A stretch of DNA of 64,000 bases from Octopus sinensis. Lineage: Eukaryota. The DNA lies in contig NC_043025.1 in assembly GCF_006345805.1 (NCBI RefSeq), forward strand, positions 13,454,001-13,518,000. Direction: 5' to 3'. The notes under the pieces were generated by a model. That model ran no database searches. It was not told the origin of the DNA and saw only the letters and a list, made by a program, of their open reading frames with translations. The translations under genes were made by a program, and so were the position numbers. Below, piece after piece: positions 61,001 through 64,000 of the stretch; within the stretch, counting starts at the first letter, position 1; each line of letters starts with the position of its first letter.

Positions 61001-63302
61001 GGCTGGAGGGTATATCAGGCGAAACGTTAAGTGTTAACAACAAACAAGATGAGGACAAATATCCGTCAAATGTAAATAATGTAAATAATTCTTCATTGAG
61101 GAAGAGAGAGAAAGAAGGGACAAGCCCTCTACCTGCGAAAGGCTCTGCATGCCAGCACTGCTGCATCGCTGTCGATTAAACATCGACCGTCGCTACTCAG
61201 GTTGCCGGGGGTCAGACACTGGTGACCGATCGCCATGGAGATTACTTCTGGTTTATTATCTGAAGAACACAAACGAGAAAACATTTCGGATATGAAAAAG
61301 GTCCATCAATAATGGCTTAAAAAATCTGGCATCTTTTCTTCCACCCGTCCACCCATTTTAACCCACCCTGGAGGGATTTAGGGGTAGAATCCACAGAGCA
61401 GAATATCTGGGCTGGATATGGGCTAAAAAAGTTATATATCTATACATGAAGCAATGAAGAAGTCCTGTACATGGTAGCTAGTCCTGTTAGAAATAGCAGC
61501 CAAATCTCTCATATTTGTTCATTGCAGGCAAACTAATGGTCAAAACCACTAAAAATTTCAGAAGAATAACAATAATAGGACTATCTCTCAATTGCTGGAT
61601 ATGTGAGGCAAACTAATGGACAGAATCACAATGACTTTTTTCTCCCATATGACATAGGAGTGGCTGTGTGGTAAGTAGCTTGCTTACCAACCACATGGTT
61701 CTGGGTTCAGTCCCACTGTGTGGCACCTTGGGCAAGTGTCTTCTGCTATAGCCCCGGGCCGACCAAAGACTTGTGAGTAGATTTGGTAGACGGAAACTGA
61801 AAGAAGCCCATCGTAGATATGTATGTGTATATATATATATATATATATATCTACATATATATATACATATATACATTTATATATGTAGGAGTGGCTGTGT
61901 GGTAAGTAGCTTGCTTACCAACTACATGGTTCCGGGTTCAGTCCCATTGCGTGGCATCTTGGGCAAGTGTCTTCTATAGCCATGGGCCAACCAAAGACTT
62001 GTGAGTGGATTTGGTAGACGGAAACTGAAAGAAGCCTGTCGTATATATGTATGTATATATATATATCCATCTGTCCTCTGTCTATCTATCGATCAGGAGA
62101 ATAACAATAATAGGTCTGTCTCTCAACTACTGGATTTGTTAGGCAATCTAATGGACAGAATCACAAAAATACCGATTAAAATGGAATCCAGCAGAGATTA
62201 TGTTTAAGTTATTCCTGGATTACCAAGCACACAATGCAATGGGACTAAATTAATGACCAATTATGTCATTGAAATCTCAAAGCTACAACATAACAATTGA
62301 TTAATTCAAAACGAGTCAAGTACATCAACATCAAAATAAAAATCAAATGGAAATTGTAGTTGTGATACCCGTGCTGGTGGCACTTTGGGCCTCACAGAGG
62401 AAATGACGAAAAACCGAGACCGCTGAGATATGTTGTGACTGCGAAGACTCGACATGAAGTGAGTTCATGGCTCGCAGGACAACCTGCTGTGCTAACCTTG
62501 GATCGTGGAGTGACCCACTGTTCTTGAGGAAACCTATTGAGTCAAGGACATCAACACCAACATCAAAATAAAAATCAAATGGAAATTGTAGTTAAGATAC
62601 CTGTGCCCGTGACACGTAAAAAGCACCATCCGAGCGTGGCCGTTTGCCAGCCTCTTCTGGCCCCTGTGCCAGTGGCATGAAAAAGCACCCACTATACTCA
62701 CTGAGTGGTTGGCATTAGGAAGGACATCCAGCTGTGGAAACATTGCCAGATCAGACTGGAGCCTGGTGCAGCCTCCTGGCTTCCCAGACCCCGGTGGAAC
62801 CGTCCAACCCATGCTAGCATGGAAAGCGGACGCTAAATGATGATGATGATGATGAATTAATATTCCTTTCATTGCCATGGTTTCTTTTTAGTATGTACTT
62901 TGGTATGTGTCGTTAAGTGTCCGACTGGGCCTGGTGCAACCTCCTGGCTTGCCAGACCCCAGTTGAACCGTCCAACCCATGCTAGGACGTTAAATGATGA
63001 TGACCAGTTTTTCATTGGAGGGCAATTAGAAAATTTTACTGTGGGATAGATAAAATTTGTGTACCACACGTACCCCATCGCCCACCTCACACCAGACCGC
63101 CATTAAAAAGAATAAAAGGGGATGAAGAACAAAAAAAAAACGGAAGAGAAAATGAGAATTTCTCACCGGACACAAGGATGACGGCTGCCACAGACTTCCT
63201 TCGATAACGTAAGACTGAATACTGTTCGAGATACATGTACAGGTGGTTGTAGACGAGGTCGGTGAACTGTTGGCCCAAACTTTTACCTTCTGGTGCCACT
63301 TC
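52443..63302 (-). CDS. ADAR/D-like: ADAR-family adenosine deaminase-domain protein, predicted catalytically inactive (ADAR/ADAD-like); 3' seven exons, 5' part outside window
   Basis: join(complement 63167-63302, 61133-61259, 58260-58427, 56992-57101, 54850-55035, 53663-53897, 52443-52689) = 1209 nt, all AG/GT flanked, phases compatible, no internal stops. Recognisable motifs: RRKSVAAVIL, VISMAIGHQC, FHLFLSDPPSGD, MSTCDKILKWNVLGVQG, GHLSRAVCCR, SRLCK, YAETK..YQEAK, GWVRKP. Confidence 0.93.
53663..53897 (-). CDS. ADAR/D-like: ADAR-like exon: SQFDHGHLSRAVCCRLYDELNSQLPRGYSINHPWL...LALNWAKGQDKIELTNGLTGRIVT
   Basis: Acceptor ttttccag|CC, donor ACAGA|gtgagt; 235 nt; aligns to GHLTRAICCR...VNHP...SVNW...EILDG..G. 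Confidence 0.92.
53950..54630 (-). mobile_element. LINE 3'-UTR-derived dispersed repeat with an internal 67-bp VNTR (~7-8 units) and (GAT)n tail; other copies at ~8110, 11040, 16000, 28010, 28890, 29585, 44770, 59650, 62530
   Basis: Shared core ggcgttaggaagggcatccagctgtagaaa...ccatgctagcatggaaagcggacg; unit number varies between copies. Confidence 0.8.
54850..55035 (-). CDS. ADAR/D-like: ADAR-like exon: SLEHIIENTVVRETMDITQSRQEQLQVMSTCDKILKWNVLGVQGCLLTKIMAPFYFSSITL
   Basis: Acceptor ttctgcag|GT, donor CTTG|gtaaat; 186 nt; aligns to [20 protein letters not shown]. Confidence 0.93.
55076..55590 (-). mobile_element. Inverted, near-identical copy of the Helentron-like element, in an ADAR-like intron
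   Basis: Reverse complement of 58523-59038 over its whole length with few differences. Confidence 0.6.
55840..56610 (+). mobile_element. Rearranged RTE-type LINE fragment with internal duplications
   Basis: VRTILLYGSESW...DHLCLRRILRVRW...RWLGHAL. Confidence 0.8.
56992..57101 (-). CDS. ADAR/D-like: ADAR-like exon: PSALLTHEDNEEIARGVHKPAFEESDHGALSLRYTD(G)
   Basis: Acceptor gattgtag|G, donor GATG|gtgagt; 110 nt; HKPAFE..G.L matches ADAR1 HYPVFE..GKL. Confidence 0.85.
58260..58427 (-). CDS. ADAR/D-like: ADAR-like exon: YLYLELQRYLAEPNSPICIYEMSPESGGLLNVKKDVTFHLFLSDPPSGDYSIFLS(K)
   Basis: Acceptor tttttcag|G, donor AGCAA|gtaagt; 168 nt; aligns to FLYTQLELYL...VQFHLYISTSPCGD. Confidence 0.92.
58523..59038 (+). 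mobile_element. Non-autonomous Helentron/Helitron-like element (HINE-type), in an ADAR-like intron
   Basis: 5' ACTAGCAGTATCGCCCGGCGTTGCTCGGG, 3' TTTTATATATATAGAT, no TSD seen. Confidence 0.6.
59051..59467 (+). mobile_element. 5'-truncated RTE/BovB-like LINE
   Basis: TYGCETWTLKKAD...WCWRRLLRIPWTAR...YFGHIMQR..LEKDIMLG...GRGRPRTRWLD; TSD atgttggtgt. Confidence 0.9.
60520..61089. mobile_element. Inverted pair (~105-bp arms) of Penelope-like termini, each with a degenerate hammerhead, enclosing SINEs
   Basis: 60520-60622 is the reverse complement of 60976-61089. The plus copy reads gacac-CTGACGA-aggctg...caggc-GAAACGTT-aagtgtt. Confidence 0.6.
61133..61259 (-). CDS. ADAR/D-like: ADAR-like exon: (D)NKPEVISMAIGHQCLTPGNLSSDGRCLIDSDAAVLACRAFR(R), the degenerate HAE region
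   Basis: Acceptor ttcttcag|AT, donor CGCAG|gtagag; 127 nt; not in the ORF track; aligns to VISVSTGTKC...LNDCHAEIISRR. Confidence 0.9.
63167..63302 (-). CDS. ADAR/D-like: ADAR-like exon (start of deaminase domain): EVAPEGKSLGQQFTDLVYNHLYMYLEQYSVLRYRRKSVAAVILVS
   Basis: Acceptor tcttctag|GAA, donor TCCG|gtgaga; 136 nt; matches the ADAR 'RRKVLAGVVM' segment. Confidence 0.85.
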
Positions 63303-64000
63303 CTAGAAGACAGGGGAAGGAAAACAATGACACACACACAAAACATGTTTACAGAGTGGGCCAAAAGTCATGCACCTAAACCATCCGACATTACATCATT
63401 GTTATTCACTGCAACATGGTCTTTGCTCAGAGATCTTGGTGCATGACTTTTATATTAGATTATATTAGATGGTGGACAAAAAAATATATTGTTGCATTTC
63501 ACTGAAATAGTTAATTCTGGGAGACAGCATGTGTGCCTCAGCACACCATCCTCATCCTTAAATGTCTGTCCAAATACACCTACATACATACACATGTATA
63601 CACATGTATGTACACACACGTGTATGCATATACACTTGTACACACACATACATACATATGCACATACACACACACACGTGCAGATACATACATATATATA
63701 CATGCATCATACACACACACACTTATATAGACACAAACACACACTTGCATACATACATATACACACATACACATGCACGCACACACACGTGCAGGCACAC
63801 GCACACGTGCATAGATATATATATACATACATATACATACACACACACGTGCATAGATACATTTATATACACACATGTATGCACACACACACTTATATAC
63901 ATACTTATATAGACACACAAACACACACACACGCATAGATACATACATATATACATACATATATATACACACATGCATACACACACGTGCATAGATACAT

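Noticed and set aside
52443-63302. ADAR-like locus as a processed or decaying pseudogene, or as ADAT1
   Set aside because: All seven exons keep frame with canonical splice sites, and structural residues are selectively conserved. HxPxFE/CCR/NHP are ADAR1-type signatures, and ADAT1 would retain HAE/PCG/SCSDK.

Overview
Repeat-dense, AT-rich eukaryotic genomic DNA with a 100-N scaffold gap at 29936-30035. The SINE/LINE families, microsatellite load and gene content point to an octopus (coleoid cephalopod); this is inference. Four protein-coding loci can be rebuilt by hand with canonical GT-AG junctions and continuous frames. (1) A 3-exon minus-strand gene (12716->6764, 674 aa) with a Cys/His-rich domain and a C-terminal coiled coil. 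(2) The last five coding exons of ELMO/ced-12 (28784->22252), cut off by the gap. (3) An intronless plus-strand orphan ORF (39611-44182, ~1523 aa once a +1/-1 indel pair in a 30-bp array is corrected) with an N-terminal hydrophobic segment and Pro/Glu repeats. (4) The main result: seven exons (63302->52443, 402 aa) encoding a complete ADAR-family deaminase domain. All three catalytic zinc ligands and the catalytic Glu are replaced (DAA for HAE, PSGD for PCGD, MSTCDK for MSCSDK), while the ADAR1-type second zinc site and most IP6-pocket residues are kept. It looks like a folded pseudo-deaminase in a lineage known for massive A-to-I editing, and two of its exons are bracketed by a near-identical ~515-bp inverted repeat pair. 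The rest is SINEs, RTE and R4-type LINE fragments, Helentron-like elements, piggyBac/Merlin/Tc1-type MITEs, Penelope-like hairpins with hammerhead ribozyme motifs, and mini/microsatellites. Human ADAR residue numbers are quoted from memory and need alignment confirmation; no database searches were run.
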